In this document: piece by piece, positions 8,173 through 18,063 of the stretch
Position numbering within the stretch: the first letter of the stretch is position 1
How the letters are laid out: each line of letters opens with the position of its first letter
Source of the DNA: Candidatus Moraniibacteriota bacterium
Lineage (GTDB): Bacteria > Patescibacteriota > Minisyncoccia > Moranbacterales > UBA1568
NCBI GenBank assembly: GCA_963778555.1
Contig: CAVZUR010000001.1
Location: 1-60,142 of the forward strand
Direction of reading: 5' to 3'
DNA length: 60,142 nt
Position numbers and translations under genes: made by a program
The notes under the pieces: generated by a model
Told to the model about the DNA's origin: nothing
Database searches by the model: none
The model's input: only the letters and a program-made list of their open reading frames with translations

Positions 8173-8875
8173 CCGTTTCGGCGATGCCTATAGCCCGGCG
8201 TTCCTCCGCGATGTCTACCTCCCGGCGATCGCGGATGAGGCGAAATGGCAGGAAACGAACGCGCGATACGGATTTGAATCCATCTTTTTCTATCAGTACA
8301 ACGCTGTGACCGGTGCGCGCTCTTTTCTCTCCCGACGGATGGCGGATCCGGCATGGGCGCTCGTGTACGCCGATATCTACAATCTCATCTTCATCCGTGC
8401 GACACCCGAAAACGAAGCGAAAATACGGCAATTCCAGATCACGCCGGACAATGCCGCTCTGAAACTCCGTCACTTGCTCCAGTCGGACAGCGTCGCGGAC
8501 CAGGTGGCGGGAGCGGATATCTTGTATCTCCTGGGGCGGGGAGATCTGGCCATGCAGGCATATATAGATGTCGTCACGCGTCACCCGGAGGAGGACAGTG
8601 TTTGGATGGTGATGGCGCAGATCGAGGCGCGGAACAATACCCCCGCGAGCTCGGCCCTGTCGATGATGTATCTGGAAAAATCCCTGGCGGAGGGGAGGAA
8701 GACTGCGGAAGTCTATTCGTTCCTCGGGCTGGCGTATCTGCGGCTCGAACAGCTGGAAAAAGGCCGGGCGATGCTGGAAAAGGCGCTCGAAATCAATCCC
8801 GATCGCGTCGACGCAAGGAGTTTTTTGGATCAGCTCGATGAGCGCCTCAAGCAAGAACAGAAGAATTCTCCATAA
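8135..8875 (+). CDS. Same membrane protein, fragment 4 (periplasmic-type domain plus TPR repeats)
   Basis: REVFADNRFGDAYSPAFLRDVYLP..., then TPR-like LGLAYLRLEQLEKGRAMLEKALEINPD. Confidence 0.7.
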   Translation: MPCIRGREVFADNRFGDAYSPAFLRDVYLPAIADEAKWQETNARYGFESIFFYQYNAVTGARSFLSRRMADPAWALVYADIYNLIFIRATPENEAKIRQFQITPDNAALKLRHLLQSDSVADQVAGADILYLLGRGDLAMQAYIDVVTRHPEEDSVWMVMAQIEARNNTPASSALSMMYLEKSLAEGRKTAEVYSFLGLAYLRLEQLEKGRAMLEKALEINPDRVDARSFLDQLDERLKQEQKNSP

Positions 8876-8886
8876 TCTCTCTCTTC

Positions 8887-9180
8887 ATGCGCATGTCACA
8901 GACGTCGACCCGATTGAAACTCGCCCTCATTCTCGTCAGCTTTCTCGGGCTCTTTCTCGAGCTGGCCCTCATCCGCTGGCTGCCGGCCAATATTTTGTCG
9001 TTGGCGTATTTCTCCAACATCGTCCTCATCGCTTCCTTTCTCGGACTCGGCCTCGGGTTCATGCTAGCGCCGAGAAAAAGAGGATCTGTTCAAATATTTC
9101 CCGATCGTCCTTTTGGGCGTTTCCATTGCCATCATCGGCTTTCGCCAGATCGAAACGATCGTTCCAAATCTCAGCAATGA
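8887..9180 (+). CDS. Membrane-embedded spermidine synthase-like protein, fragment 1
   Basis: N-terminal TM helices. Frame changes around 9070-9110. Confidence 0.6.
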   Translation: MRMSQTSTRLKLALILVSFLGLFLELALIRWLPANILSLAYFSNIVLIASFLGLGLGFMLAPRKRGSVQIFPDRPFGRFHCHHRLSPDRNDRSKSQQ

Positions 9181-10993
9181 ACTCCTCTGGAGCCGGTATA
9201 CCGAAAATCAATTAGTGTCCTTTAATCTCCATCTCGGATTGCTCCCGACGCTCGTCGCCGTCTTCGCGCTCACGAGCCTGCCCTTCATTCTCATCGGGCA
9301 GAAAATGGCTCGGTTGATGCGGCAATTTCCGCCGCTCACGGCGTATGGCCTCGATATCCTCGGTGCGCTCATGGGTATCGGCGCCTTTAGTCTCCTGTCG
9401 TTCGCCAGCGGCGCTCTCGGTTCACCACTGGCCTGGTTTCTGGTGTCGGGCAGCCTCAGCTTGTGGCTCATCCGAGAGCATCAGCAGTTCCTGCTCGTGG
9501 GGGCGGTCTGTGTCGTCGCGGCGGTCATTATCATATACGCCGTTTCCCGGAATGAGATCTGGTCGCCGTATTATAGTGTCAAAGTTGCTGATGCTGCGGC
9601 TGATCATTCGATTCGGCTCTACGTGAACAATTTCTTTTTCCAGAAAGCCGTCGATTTCCGTTCGGATTCTGAAGCTAGAAAAAAATACGAATTTCCCTAT
9701 CTGTTGAAGTCCCCACAGAGCGTGCTCATCCTCGGGGCGGGGACGGGGAACGACGTGGCGATGGCAGGGCTGCGCGGAGTGCCCGACATCGATGCGGTGG
9801 AGCTCGATCCGGTCATCGCCGACATCGGCCGGCAGCGGCATCCGAACCGTCCCTATCAGAATCCCAATGTCCATCTCTTCATCGACGACGCGCGGTCGTT
9901 CCTGAAGAAGAGCGACAAGCAATATGACATGATCGTCCTCGGGACGCTCGATTCGCACGCTTTGTTGTCGGCACGGTCGACCGTGCGGCTCGATAATTTC
10001 GTCTACACAACTGAGGCCCTCGAGAGCATCCAGGAACACCTGAACCCGGACGGCATCGTGGTCCTCATGTTTTCGGTACCGGAACCGTGGCTGAGGGACA
10101 AAATAATCAAGAGCGTCCAACGAGTCTTTCCTGAGCCGGAACCGACCATCCAGATCGCGAAAAACGCCTATCTCTTCAACTTGATGATACTCGCCGGTCC
10201 GGGACTGACCGACATCCGGCGGCAGTATCCGGTAGAGATCGCGCCGACAGAGCCGATTCCGGAGAGCGTCTTCAGCACCCGCAATCTGTCGACCGATGAT
10301 TGGCCGTATCTGTATCTGCGCGAACACGCGATCCCTCGCTATTATCTCGAGGCCATCGGCCTCCTCTTGGCCCTGGCCCTGTATGCCATCGTCTTTCTCT
10401 ACCGAAAGAACATCATCGCCCTGCCCGATTGGAGCGGCTTGAATTTTTTCTGTCTCGGGGCGGCGTTCCTCTTGCTCGAAACGAAAAGCATCACGACGCT
10501 CTCGCTCCTCTATGGCTCGACCTGGTTCGTCAACGCATTCGTCTTCGGCGGCATCCTCACGATGGTGCTCCTGGCGAACATTGTCGTCACCCGGGTACCA
10601 ATCCGGCGGATCGAGACGGTCTATCTTCTCCTGGGGCTGTCTTTGGCGCTGAATTACTTCCTGCCCGTCTCGATGTTCCTCGGCCTGGAGTTCTGGCTGC
10701 GTTCCGGACTGTCGGCCCTCGTCGTGGCGCTCCCCATCTTTTTCGCCTCCATCATCTTTTCCACCCATTTCCGGTCAGTCACGAGCCTCTCTGTCCTGTA
10801 CGGACTCAACCTGATGGGCGCGGTCGTGGGCGGTTTCCTTGAATACAGCTCGATGCTGTTCGGCCTGAGCGCCCTCTATATCCTGGCCGGCATACTGTAC
10901 GCCCTCTCGTACTATGCCTTCACTCAAACGTCGCAGAGTAAAACGAGCGATGGCAAGCCAATCGATATCCCAGCGGCACATGAATCCCTATGA
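9113..10993 (+). CDS. Spermidine synthase-like (class I SAM-fold) domain flanked by TM segments, fragment 2
   Basis: VLILGAGTGNDVAMAG...AVELDPVIADIGR...NVHLFIDDARSFLKKSDKQYDMIVLG, with TM helices on both sides. Confidence 0.8.
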   Translation: MGVSIAIIGFRQIETIVPNLSNELLWSRYTENQLVSFNLHLGLLPTLVAVFALTSLPFILIGQKMARLMRQFPPLTAYGLDILGALMGIGAFSLLSFASGALGSPLAWFLVSGSLSLWLIREHQQFLLVGAVCVVAAVIIIYAVSRNEIWSPYYSVKVADAAADHSIRLYVNNFFFQKAVDFRSDSEARKKYEFPYLLKSPQSVLILGAGTGNDVAMAGLRGVPDIDAVELDPVIADIGRQRHPNRPYQNPNVHLFIDDARSFLKKSDKQYDMIVLGTLDSHALLSARSTVRLDNFVYTTEALESIQEHLNPDGIVVLMFSVPEPWLRDKIIKSVQRVFPEPEPTIQIAKNAYLFNLMILAGPGLTDIRRQYPVEIAPTEPIPESVFSTRNLSTDDWPYLYLREHAIPRYYLEAIGLLLALALYAIVFLYRKNIIALPDWSGLNFFCLGAAFLLLETKSITTLSLLYGSTWFVNAFVFGGILTMVLLANIVVTRVPIRRIETVYLLLGLSLALNYFLPVSMFLGLEFWLRSGLSALVVALPIFFASIIFSTHFRSVTSLSVLYGLNLMGAVVGGFLEYSSMLFGLSALYILAGILYALSYYAFTQTSQSKTSDGKPIDIPAAHESL

Positions 10994-11700
10994 AAAAACT
11001 CTCCATCCTCATCCCGGCGTACAATGAAGAGAAGACGATTCTGGAGATTTTGAAACGTATCGATGCGGCCCCCCTTAGCATCGGGAAAGAGATTATCATC
11101 GTGGACGACGGCTCGACCGACGGGACGCGGTCCATGTCTCGCGACGCTTGACCCCGATCGCTACCGGATCATCTTGAAGGAGAAGAACGGAGGCAAGGGA
11201 TCATGCCTCAAGGCGGGGATTCAAGCGGCGACCGGGGACATCGTCATTTTTCAGGACGCGGACTTGGAGTATGATCCGGCCGATTACCAAGCGATGATAC
11301 TGCCAATTCTAGACGGTCGGACCGAGGCGGTCTTGGGGGTGAGGGTGGGGAGCGGTCGAGAAATGATGAGCCGGAAGACATTTTACTATTGGGTGAGTTG
11401 GCTGGGCGGGGAACTCATCACCGGGACGACCAATCTGCTCTATTCGAATCACGCGATCGAGTATGAGGGTTGCTACAAGGCATTCACGAAGCAGGCTTTG
11501 GCTTCGATCACCATCACCGCTCGCATCTGAGGTTTGAAATAGACAATGAGATCGGTGTGCAAACTCCTCAAAAAAGGCAAACCGGACCATCGATGTTCCC
11601 ATCCGCTATACCCCGCGCAGCTATGAAGCAGGCAAGCATATCCGCTGGACTGACGGCCTCAAGATCCTCTGGACATCATCAAATATCGTTTTGTCGACTA
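10990..11700 (+). pseudogene. GT2 glycosyltransferase (polyprenol-phosphate sugar transferase-like), several frame disruptions
   Basis: MKKLSILIPAYNEEKTI...IIVDDGSTDGT, then ...GDIVIFQDADLEYDP..., then IDVPIRYTPRSYEAGKHIRWTDGLKILW, read in three different frames. The start overlaps the upstream stop (ATGA). Confidence 0.75.
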
Positions 11701-12126
11701 TGAAAAGGCGCCCTCCTCTTTATTATCACGGAAACCAAAAATGAAGGTGCGGTAGAGGTAAAAACTCTCGAGGGCGATGATGCCCGCCGCGAGCAGTTGC
11801 GCGAAGAGGTAGTGCAGATCCAGTAAGCGGACGAAGAGGTACATGAAACCCGTATTGAGGGCGGTGTTGGCGATGGCGATGGCGATATAGAGGATGAATT
11901 GCACCGGAGCGCGGTCGGTCGCGCGGTCTTGGAAGGTCCAGTATTTCTGGAGGAAGAAGCTGACGATGATGGCGAAAGAGAAAGCGAGAATGGATGCCGC
12001 GAGGTACCACCAGCCGAAAATATCCGTGAAGAGGTAGAGCAGGAGGAGGTCGACGCCGAGGGCTATGCCGCCGGATACGGCATACCGCAGCAGTCGGGTG
12101 AAGTTTTTCGGATCGGGAAAATCCAT
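11698..12126 (-). CDS. GtrA-family membrane protein
   Basis: About 140 aa with 4 TM helices. LRYAVSGGIALGVDLLLLYLF...QKYWTF is typical of GtrA. Confidence 0.8.
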   Translation of the reverse strand: MDFPDPKNFTRLLRYAVSGGIALGVDLLLLYLFTDIFGWWYLAASILAFSFAIIVSFFLQKYWTFQDRATDRAPVQFILYIAIAIANTALNTGFMYLFVRLLDLHYLFAQLLAAGIIALESFYLYRTFIFGFRDNKEEGAFS

Positions 12127-13049
12127 ATCGGGCAGTATACCTCAGTTTTTTTGGTGATGGTTTCCGAGATGCGGATGAGCCAATCCGTGATGCGGTAGCC
12201 GAATGTCGCGTCGGCCAGTGGCGGTTCATCGTTTTGAACGCAGCGGATGAAATGCTTCAATTGGTTTTCTAGTGGCTCGCGGGCGATGATAGGCGGGTAG
12301 ACGAGGCGCCCCTGTCTTTCGACGGCCAGCCGGTCCGTTGTTTTCGTCTCGTCGAGCGCGGCGGTTCCTTGTTCTCCCACGAGCGTCATCGTTCTCACTT
12401 TTTCCTTTCCGGACCAGGCGGCGCTAATTGAGAGGAGCGGACCGCGATCGAATCGGATGGCGACATGGAATGCATCCCTCTGTAGTACTCCCGTTGCCCG
12501 AATGAGTTCCGTCGGCTGAAAGAAGTGTTGAAAGACAGACAGCGCGTGCGGGGCGATATCAGAGAAGCAGTCCGTATCTTCTCGTTCGGGACTGAGAAAA
12601 TGCTCCACTCGGAATTCTTGCAATGGACCGAATGATCCCTGCTCCCACTCTTTTTTCATGTAGCGGATGTGGTCATTGTGGAGGTATTGGAATCCGACCA
12701 TGAGAATACGCCCGCTCTTTTCAGCTCGCGCTTTCAGATCTGCCGCTTCCTCGAGCGAGGCGACCAGCGGCTTTTCGACTAGGACATGCTTGCCGTGTTC
12801 CAAAGCCGTCCGGACAATCGAGTAATGAGTCGCAAAGGGCGTCGCGACCACGACGCAGTCAATTTCGGGATCGGCGAGGACGCTTGTGACGTCTGATGTC
12901 CAGCGTACAGTCGGAGGCAGAGGCTCGGCCTGCTCAAGGTGTGGGGAGCGGGTGACAACAGTCTTCAATCTGATCTTGGTGGTCTTTGAAAGAAGACGGA
13001 GATGATGTCGGCCGAATGTTCCAGCTCCGATGAGGGCGAAGTGCAGCAT
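12063..13049 (-). CDS. Gfo/Idh/MocA-family NAD(P)-dependent sugar oxidoreductase
   Basis: N-terminal Rossmann motif IGAGTFGRHH, then EKPLVASLEEAADL. Confidence 0.85.
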   Translation of the reverse strand: MLHFALIGAGTFGRHHLRLLSKTTKIRLKTVVTRSPHLEQAEPLPPTVRWTSDVTSVLADPEIDCVVVATPFATHYSIVRTALEHGKHVLVEKPLVASLEEAADLKARAEKSGRILMVGFQYLHNDHIRYMKKEWEQGSFGPLQEFRVEHFLSPEREDTDCFSDIAPHALSVFQHFFQPTELIRATGVLQRDAFHVAIRFDRGPLLSISAAWSGKEKVRTMTLVGEQGTAALDETKTTDRLAVERQGRLVYPPIIAREPLENQLKHFIRCVQNDEPPLADATFGYRITDWLIRISETITKKTEVYCPIWIFPIRKTSPDCCGMPYPAA

Positions 13050-13067
13050 GAACGTGGTTCAGATGAA

Positions 13068-14138
13068 CTATGCGGGCCGCTCGCCTTTGAGCTGGTCCTG
13101 GTACCAGGCGAGGGTTTTTGCCAGGCCGACCTGGAGCTCGACGGTGGGCAAAAACCCCAGCTCATTCTTCGCCTTCGTCAGGTCCGGACACCGCCGGTTC
13201 GGCTCGCCCGCTGGGTAGGATTCGGGATAATCGATGTTCTGGAGCGGAATCGGTTCCGCGAAGAGTCGGCTGATGATCTGGGTGAGGGTGGCGATACTGA
13301 TCTCTTCATTATTGGAACCGATATTGTACGTCTCACCCGCTCTGCCTCGGAGCAGCACTTTGAGGAAACCTTGCGTCGCATCACTGATGTAACAGAACGT
13401 CCGGGTCTGTTCCCCCTGGTTGTAGACCAACAGGGGATTGCCGCGAATCCCGCGGATGAGATGGGTGGAAATCACGCGGTAATCGTCGATGCGCATGCCG
13501 GGGCCGTAGATATTGAATGGCCGCACGATTTTCACGGGCACGCCATAGAGCTGATGATAGGTGCTGCACAAGGTTTCACCGAGCCGCTTTGATTCGTCGT
13601 AACAGGCCCGGGGGCCATTGGTCGAGACATTGCCTGAGTAGGTTTCGGGGGTCGGAATCTGATCGGGATCCGGGTCGCCGTAGATTTCGCTCGAGCTGAA
13701 ATAGAGGAATCCCTGTACGTTTTTTCGCCGGGCGAGCTCCAAGAGGTTCTTGGTGCCGCTGGTTGCGACCTCGATCGTCTCGAGGGGCAGTTTGCGGTAG
13801 TGCTGGGGCGAGGCGAGTCCCGCGGCATGAATGATATAGTCAACGTCCATATCCGGCAGGGGGGCGCAGACATCTTGCTCAATGAGCCGGAAGTTCGGAT
13901 TGTTTTCTGTTCCGAACAAGGCGTTATGTTTGGAGCCGGTGATGAAGTTGTCGATGACGACGACCGTGCAGGGCTTCGCGAAGCACTTTTCATTGAGCGT
14001 GAGGAGGACAGTGACGAGGTAACTGCCCAAAAATCCGGCGCCACCGGAGATGAGAATCGTCTTGCCTTCAAGCAAGGGTCGCTCGTCAGTGACGGACTCA
14101 ATGGTCTCCGTAATGTCTGGGCGGATGAGAGGGTGCAT
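13068..14138 (-). CDS. NAD-dependent epimerase/dehydratase (UDP-glucuronate decarboxylase-like SDR)
   Basis: GGAGFLGSYL, YDESKR (YxxxK) and NIYGP. Start placed at MHPLIRPD, just after the upstream stop. Confidence 0.85.
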   Translation of the reverse strand: MHPLIRPDITETIESVTDERPLLEGKTILISGGAGFLGSYLVTVLLTLNEKCFAKPCTVVVIDNFITGSKHNALFGTENNPNFRLIEQDVCAPLPDMDVDYIIHAAGLASPQHYRKLPLETIEVATSGTKNLLELARRKNVQGFLYFSSSEIYGDPDPDQIPTPETYSGNVSTNGPRACYDESKRLGETLCSTYHQLYGVPVKIVRPFNIYGPGMRIDDYRVISTHLIRGIRGNPLLVYNQGEQTRTFCYISDATQGFLKVLLRGRAGETYNIGSNNEEISIATLTQIISRLFAEPIPLQNIDYPESYPAGEPNRRCPDLTKAKNELGFLPTVELQVGLAKTLAWYQDQLKGERPA

Positions 14139-14142
14139 AGGG

Positions 14143-15327
14143 CTATACTTCTCGGGGCGGAATGGGAATGAGATAGCGGTATCTATTATTTGTCTTTTTC
14201 CGGATATCGTCCAGGTATTCGTAGGCGAACACGACCAGGACATCCGGCTGGGGATCGCAGCGTTCCAAAAACTCTTTGGCCACGATGGGGATATGCGTGC
14301 CGGGACTGAAACGGCCCTGCTTCAAGGGACTGTCGTCGACGATGAATTCGATCAGGTCCGGACCGATCGCTCCGTAATTGCAGATGGTCGCGACGCGGGC
14401 CGGGGCGCTGTAGCCGGCGACTCGGAGACCGGCCGCTTGGTACTCGCGGAGCTTGTCGCGAAAGGCTTCGAGCGAGGCGCTGACCGTTTGGCTGAACGCC
14501 TCGAGGATCGGAAAGCTCAATTCCCGCTCTTCCCGCGAGAGAAAATCCGCGACGCGTTGGGAGGTCGCGTGCCCATCGGCCGCTTTGCGGGCCGTCACTC
14601 GAAGCGATCCGCCGTGCGGCTCGATCTCTTCGACATCGGCGATAAACATCCCGTGACTCTCAAAGAGCGTCTTGAGAGAAGTCAGCGAGTAATAGAATAT
14701 CCGGTCCAGGTAGAAGCGTTCGAATTGGATCTTTTGGAGGATATGACCGATGTATTCGACTTCGATGATGCAATCGCCGTCATCGGTGAGGAGCATCTTG
14801 GCCGCCTCGATGAAGGCGTGTGGGTCGGCGACATGGGTGAAGATGCTGCTGGCCACGATCACATCGGGTTGGCCGTACTGCCTCTTTATTTTTTCGGCGC
14901 ATTCGAGATCGAAAAACGAGATGAGTGTGGTGAGTCCGGCGTCGTTCGCGATTTTTCCAACATTGATCGAGGGATCGACGCCGATGGCCCGGACGCCGAG
15001 CGCCTGGAGCGGCCTAAGGAGGATGCCGTCATTGGATCCCACATCGACCACGAACCGGGCACCGGCCAATGTCTGAGCGAGCGCTTCGAAATGCCGCACC
15101 AGGCCGAGATTGACCGACGAGAGATAGTAGTAATCGACGAACATCCGTTCCCGCGACACGCTGGTTCCGAGCTGGACATTTTTGCATTGCGGGCAAAACA
15201 GTACCACGAGCGGGAAAAAGTCCTCGGTTTTGAATTCCGCTTCGGTCGGGTATTTATTGGCCAGCGGCTGCTGTCCGAGATCGAGGAACGGAATGAGTTG
15301 GCTTTGTCGGCAGACGGTGCATGGCAT
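14143..15327 (-). CDS. Sugar C-methyltransferase-like class I SAM methyltransferase with N-terminal zinc ribbon
   Basis: MPCTVCRQ...CPQC zinc ribbon, VVDVGSNDG SAM motif, and a C-terminal C-methyltransferase-type domain. Confidence 0.8.
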   Translation of the reverse strand: MPCTVCRQSQLIPFLDLGQQPLANKYPTEAEFKTEDFFPLVVLFCPQCKNVQLGTSVSRERMFVDYYYLSSVNLGLVRHFEALAQTLAGARFVVDVGSNDGILLRPLQALGVRAIGVDPSINVGKIANDAGLTTLISFFDLECAEKIKRQYGQPDVIVASSIFTHVADPHAFIEAAKMLLTDDGDCIIEVEYIGHILQKIQFERFYLDRIFYYSLTSLKTLFESHGMFIADVEEIEPHGGSLRVTARKAADGHATSQRVADFLSREERELSFPILEAFSQTVSASLEAFRDKLREYQAAGLRVAGYSAPARVATICNYGAIGPDLIEFIVDDSPLKQGRFSPGTHIPIVAKEFLERCDPQPDVLVVFAYEYLDDIRKKTNNRYRYLIPIPPREV

Positions 15328-15395
15328 AGAGAGTGGGGGATATTCAGCAGCGTTAAATTCCACGGGATCCTGACAGTATGATATAGCTTTACGGG

Positions 15396-16346
15396 CTATT
15401 CTCCTCCTTTGATACTGGCTATATAACTGTAGACCATTTTGGAGATGTGGGCGACCTTCTCCTGAGCCGGCCCCATGTCCGTGTTTTTGACAAAGGCGCA
15501 GAGGACATACGGCCGGCTGGGCACGTACACGATGCCGCAATCGATGAAGAGCGACTGATCGGTTTCAGTCGTGTCAAACACACCCACCTTATGCGCGACG
15601 GGGACACCCTCTGCCACGCCGGCCGGAATCCCGTTCGCGAACGCGGTCTCGGTGAGTATGTCCAGAACGGCACTCGAGTTTTGATTGGAAAGGAAGGATG
15701 AGAGGTAGAGGCTTCGGAAAATGGACGCGTAGCTCTTGGGCGTGACGAGTGTCTGGCGCTCGCCACCTACCTGGCTGATTTCGATATTCAGCCCGTCATA
15801 AACCTCATTGACTTCTGATGGGGTGAGCAGGTCGAATAGGGCATGGTAGGCGGTATTATCGGATTCAATCAACGAGGACTTTACTAGATCGAGAATCGGA
15901 AGCTTCGTACCCGCGCCCATTTCCCAGAGCGATCCAAAGCGCTGGTCCAGATGCTCCGGCTTGATCTCGACGGCATCATCGAGAGCTAGTTTCCCACGCT
16001 CGGACTTTTTGAAAATCGACATGGCCAACGGAACTTTGGACAAACTAGACAATTGGACCGCTGTTTCGTCGGATGCTCCGATCGAGGTGCCGGACGGCAG
16101 GTACTCGAAATACACGCCCAGAGTATTATCCTGCGCGGCGACGTATTCTTTGAGGGCATGCCGCAGAGGAATGATATTGATGATGATATCGTTCGGATTT
16201 TCGACAAAGATCCGTTTGGAGAGGTAGGGAAATTCTGTGGCGTCGAGCGGGGCGGCTGTTTTTTCGGGCCGGAACCAGTGATACGCAAAAAACCCGTTGA
16301 TGAGCAGGCTGAGGAAGAGAACGGCGATCAAGGGCTTCGTTTGCAT
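15396..16346 (-). CDS. Class A beta-lactamase-like serine hydrolase (membrane-anchored)
   Basis: SLSK (SxxK), SDN and HKVG motifs, plus an N-terminal TM helix. Start placed at MQTKPLIAV; the longer ORF runs through the RNA element. Confidence 0.75.
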   Translation of the reverse strand: MQTKPLIAVLFLSLLINGFFAYHWFRPEKTAAPLDATEFPYLSKRIFVENPNDIIINIIPLRHALKEYVAAQDNTLGVYFEYLPSGTSIGASDETAVQLSSLSKVPLAMSIFKKSERGKLALDDAVEIKPEHLDQRFGSLWEMGAGTKLPILDLVKSSLIESDNTAYHALFDLLTPSEVNEVYDGLNIEISQVGGERQTLVTPKSYASIFRSLYLSSFLSNQNSSAVLDILTETAFANGIPAGVAEGVPVAHKVGVFDTTETDQSLFIDCGIVYVPSRPYVLCAFVKNTDMGPAQEKVAHISKMVYSYIASIKGGE

Positions 16347-16421
16347 CAGTCCTATTCTATCATGTGAGGCAGGGTCTGTTCTTTTCAATCGCGCCGAAGT
16401 TTCCGAGCCATCGGCACTATC

Positions 16422-16446
16422 AAAACCCTCTGAAGCAGAGGGTTCT
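16422..16446 (-). terminator. Terminator-like hairpin, homologous to 6251-6277
   Basis: AACCCTC / GAGGGTT stem. On the - strand it is followed by TTTTGA. Confidence 0.55.
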
Positions 16447-16500
16447 TTGATCTTTCTATTACGACCCTTTCTATTGGCAGCAAAGAGATATATTCTATCT

Positions 16501-16873
16501 ATTTCTTTGGGCGCCCAAAGAAATGAACGAAACCCGCCCGAACGTACCGTCCGGTACGGGCGGGGAAAAGCACACCCAGGCTTCCGGCTCATGCGGTCGC
16601 CAGCCACAACCTCTGGCGGTTTCCTCGCGGCAGACTGAGAAAACCTTTTTCCTCCAGGTGTGGGGCAACCGTTTCGCCTCCCGCAGTGGGTGTTTGTGAA
16701 CCCAAAATCCGCCCCAGTGAAAGGCGAGGCGAGCGTACCCGATTAGTAAAGGATCACCATTTTCTCAGTCTGCCGCGAGAAAATGGCCGGAATGAATAGT
16801 GGTACGCTCCGAGCCAAAAACGAGGGCGGCACGTTTCTTTCGTCTCTTTCTTTTGGTGCGAAAAGAAAGAGAC
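16501..16873 (-). ncRNA. Unclassified structured RNA-like element, copy B
   Basis: Reverse complement aligns to 6303-6674. The block 16533-16694 vs 6481-6642 has 38 substitutions in 162 nt and no gaps. Terminal hairpins at 16501-16524 and 16842-16873. Confidence 0.7.
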
Positions 16874-17009
16874 ACATAGTTTGCCGTAAAAATGAAAGTG
16901 GAAAATCTATTGGAAGCGGTAAGAAAGAGGTAAATAAGGTCTTGACCCTGGATCCTAGAGCCTTCCTCGTTGTCCTTTCTTACTCGATCCCCATGGTAAA
17001 CTGTCGTAT

Positions 17010-18008
17010 ATGAATCCCAAAGTCTTTACGGCGCTCGTCGCGCTTTTTGGTGTCGGGCTGATCGGCGGCTATGCGCTGCATACTATCTGGACGCCCGAGG
17101 CTCCAGCCATACCAGCAGGGGAGGAAAGTACGTCCAAGCAGGTCCGCCAAATGGGAAATTATTCCTATATCAATCCACTCCTCGAGTGCGAAGTCGCCGA
17201 AGGATCAATCGATGCTCGCAAAGAAAATTTTCATGGGGAACTGGAGGACTTTGTCGCGTCCACCAAAGAGACGCGCCATCTCACCGAGGTCGCGGTGTAT
17301 TTCCGTGACCTGAACAATGGCCCGACCTTTGGAGTGGATGAAGAGGGAGAGTTTTTTCCGGCATCGCTTTTGAAGGTCCCGGTCATGATGGCCTACTATC
17401 ACCTGGCCGAAAGGAATCCGTCGATCATGGATACCCTGATTCCCTTCGAGCAAGAGCGGGAGTTCGGAATCGTGCCGACGATCATCCCGCGCGAAAAACT
17501 CGCTGTCGGACAGAGCTATACGGTCGAGGAACTCATCCGCCGTATGATCGTGTATTCGGACAATCAGGCGATCACACTCCTCTCGGAACGCCTGCCGCTC
17601 GCGGTGGTACAAGACCTCTTCACCATAATCGGCGTCGGCGGGGATGTCTTGGTCGATTCTGCATCCAAGCTGACCGTGAAGGAATACGCCGGCTTTTTCC
17701 GCATCCTCTTCAATAGTTCCTATCTCTCGCGGGAATCATCGGAAAAGGCGCTCGCGCTTCTCGCATCAACTGATTATCACGACGCGCTCCCGGCTGGGGT
17801 GCCCGCGGGTATCGCCATCGCCCACAAATTCGGCGAGGCGGGATCGGGAGCGATCGAGCACCAGCTCCACGATTGCGGCATTGTCTACTTCCCTGAACAC
17901 CCGTATCTCGCCTGCATCATGACACGCGGCCAGGACACGGAGCGGTTGAAGCAAGCGATCATTGATATCTCCCGGTTCATCTATACCCAGATCGACATGC
18001 AGTACTAG
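17010..18008 (+). CDS. Class A beta-lactamase-like serine hydrolase, paralog of 15396-16346
   Basis: SLLK, SDN and HKFG motifs, plus an N-terminal TM helix. Confidence 0.8.
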   Translation: MNPKVFTALVALFGVGLIGGYALHTIWTPEAPAIPAGEESTSKQVRQMGNYSYINPLLECEVAEGSIDARKENFHGELEDFVASTKETRHLTEVAVYFRDLNNGPTFGVDEEGEFFPASLLKVPVMMAYYHLAERNPSIMDTLIPFEQEREFGIVPTIIPREKLAVGQSYTVEELIRRMIVYSDNQAITLLSERLPLAVVQDLFTIIGVGGDVLVDSASKLTVKEYAGFFRILFNSSYLSRESSEKALALLASTDYHDALPAGVPAGIAIAHKFGEAGSGAIEHQLHDCGIVYFPEHPYLACIMTRGQDTERLKQAIIDISRFIYTQIDMQY

Positions 18009-18063
18009 TGCTCAGCGCCTCTCATTTTTGTCGCCTGGCGAGGTTTGGTATACTGGAGGAACT

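Noticed and set aside
6303-16873. The two element copies could be a DGR template/variable repeat pair or a retron ncRNA.
   Set aside because: The differences are not adenine-specific, no reverse transcriptase gene is in the window, and the copies lie outside coding regions.
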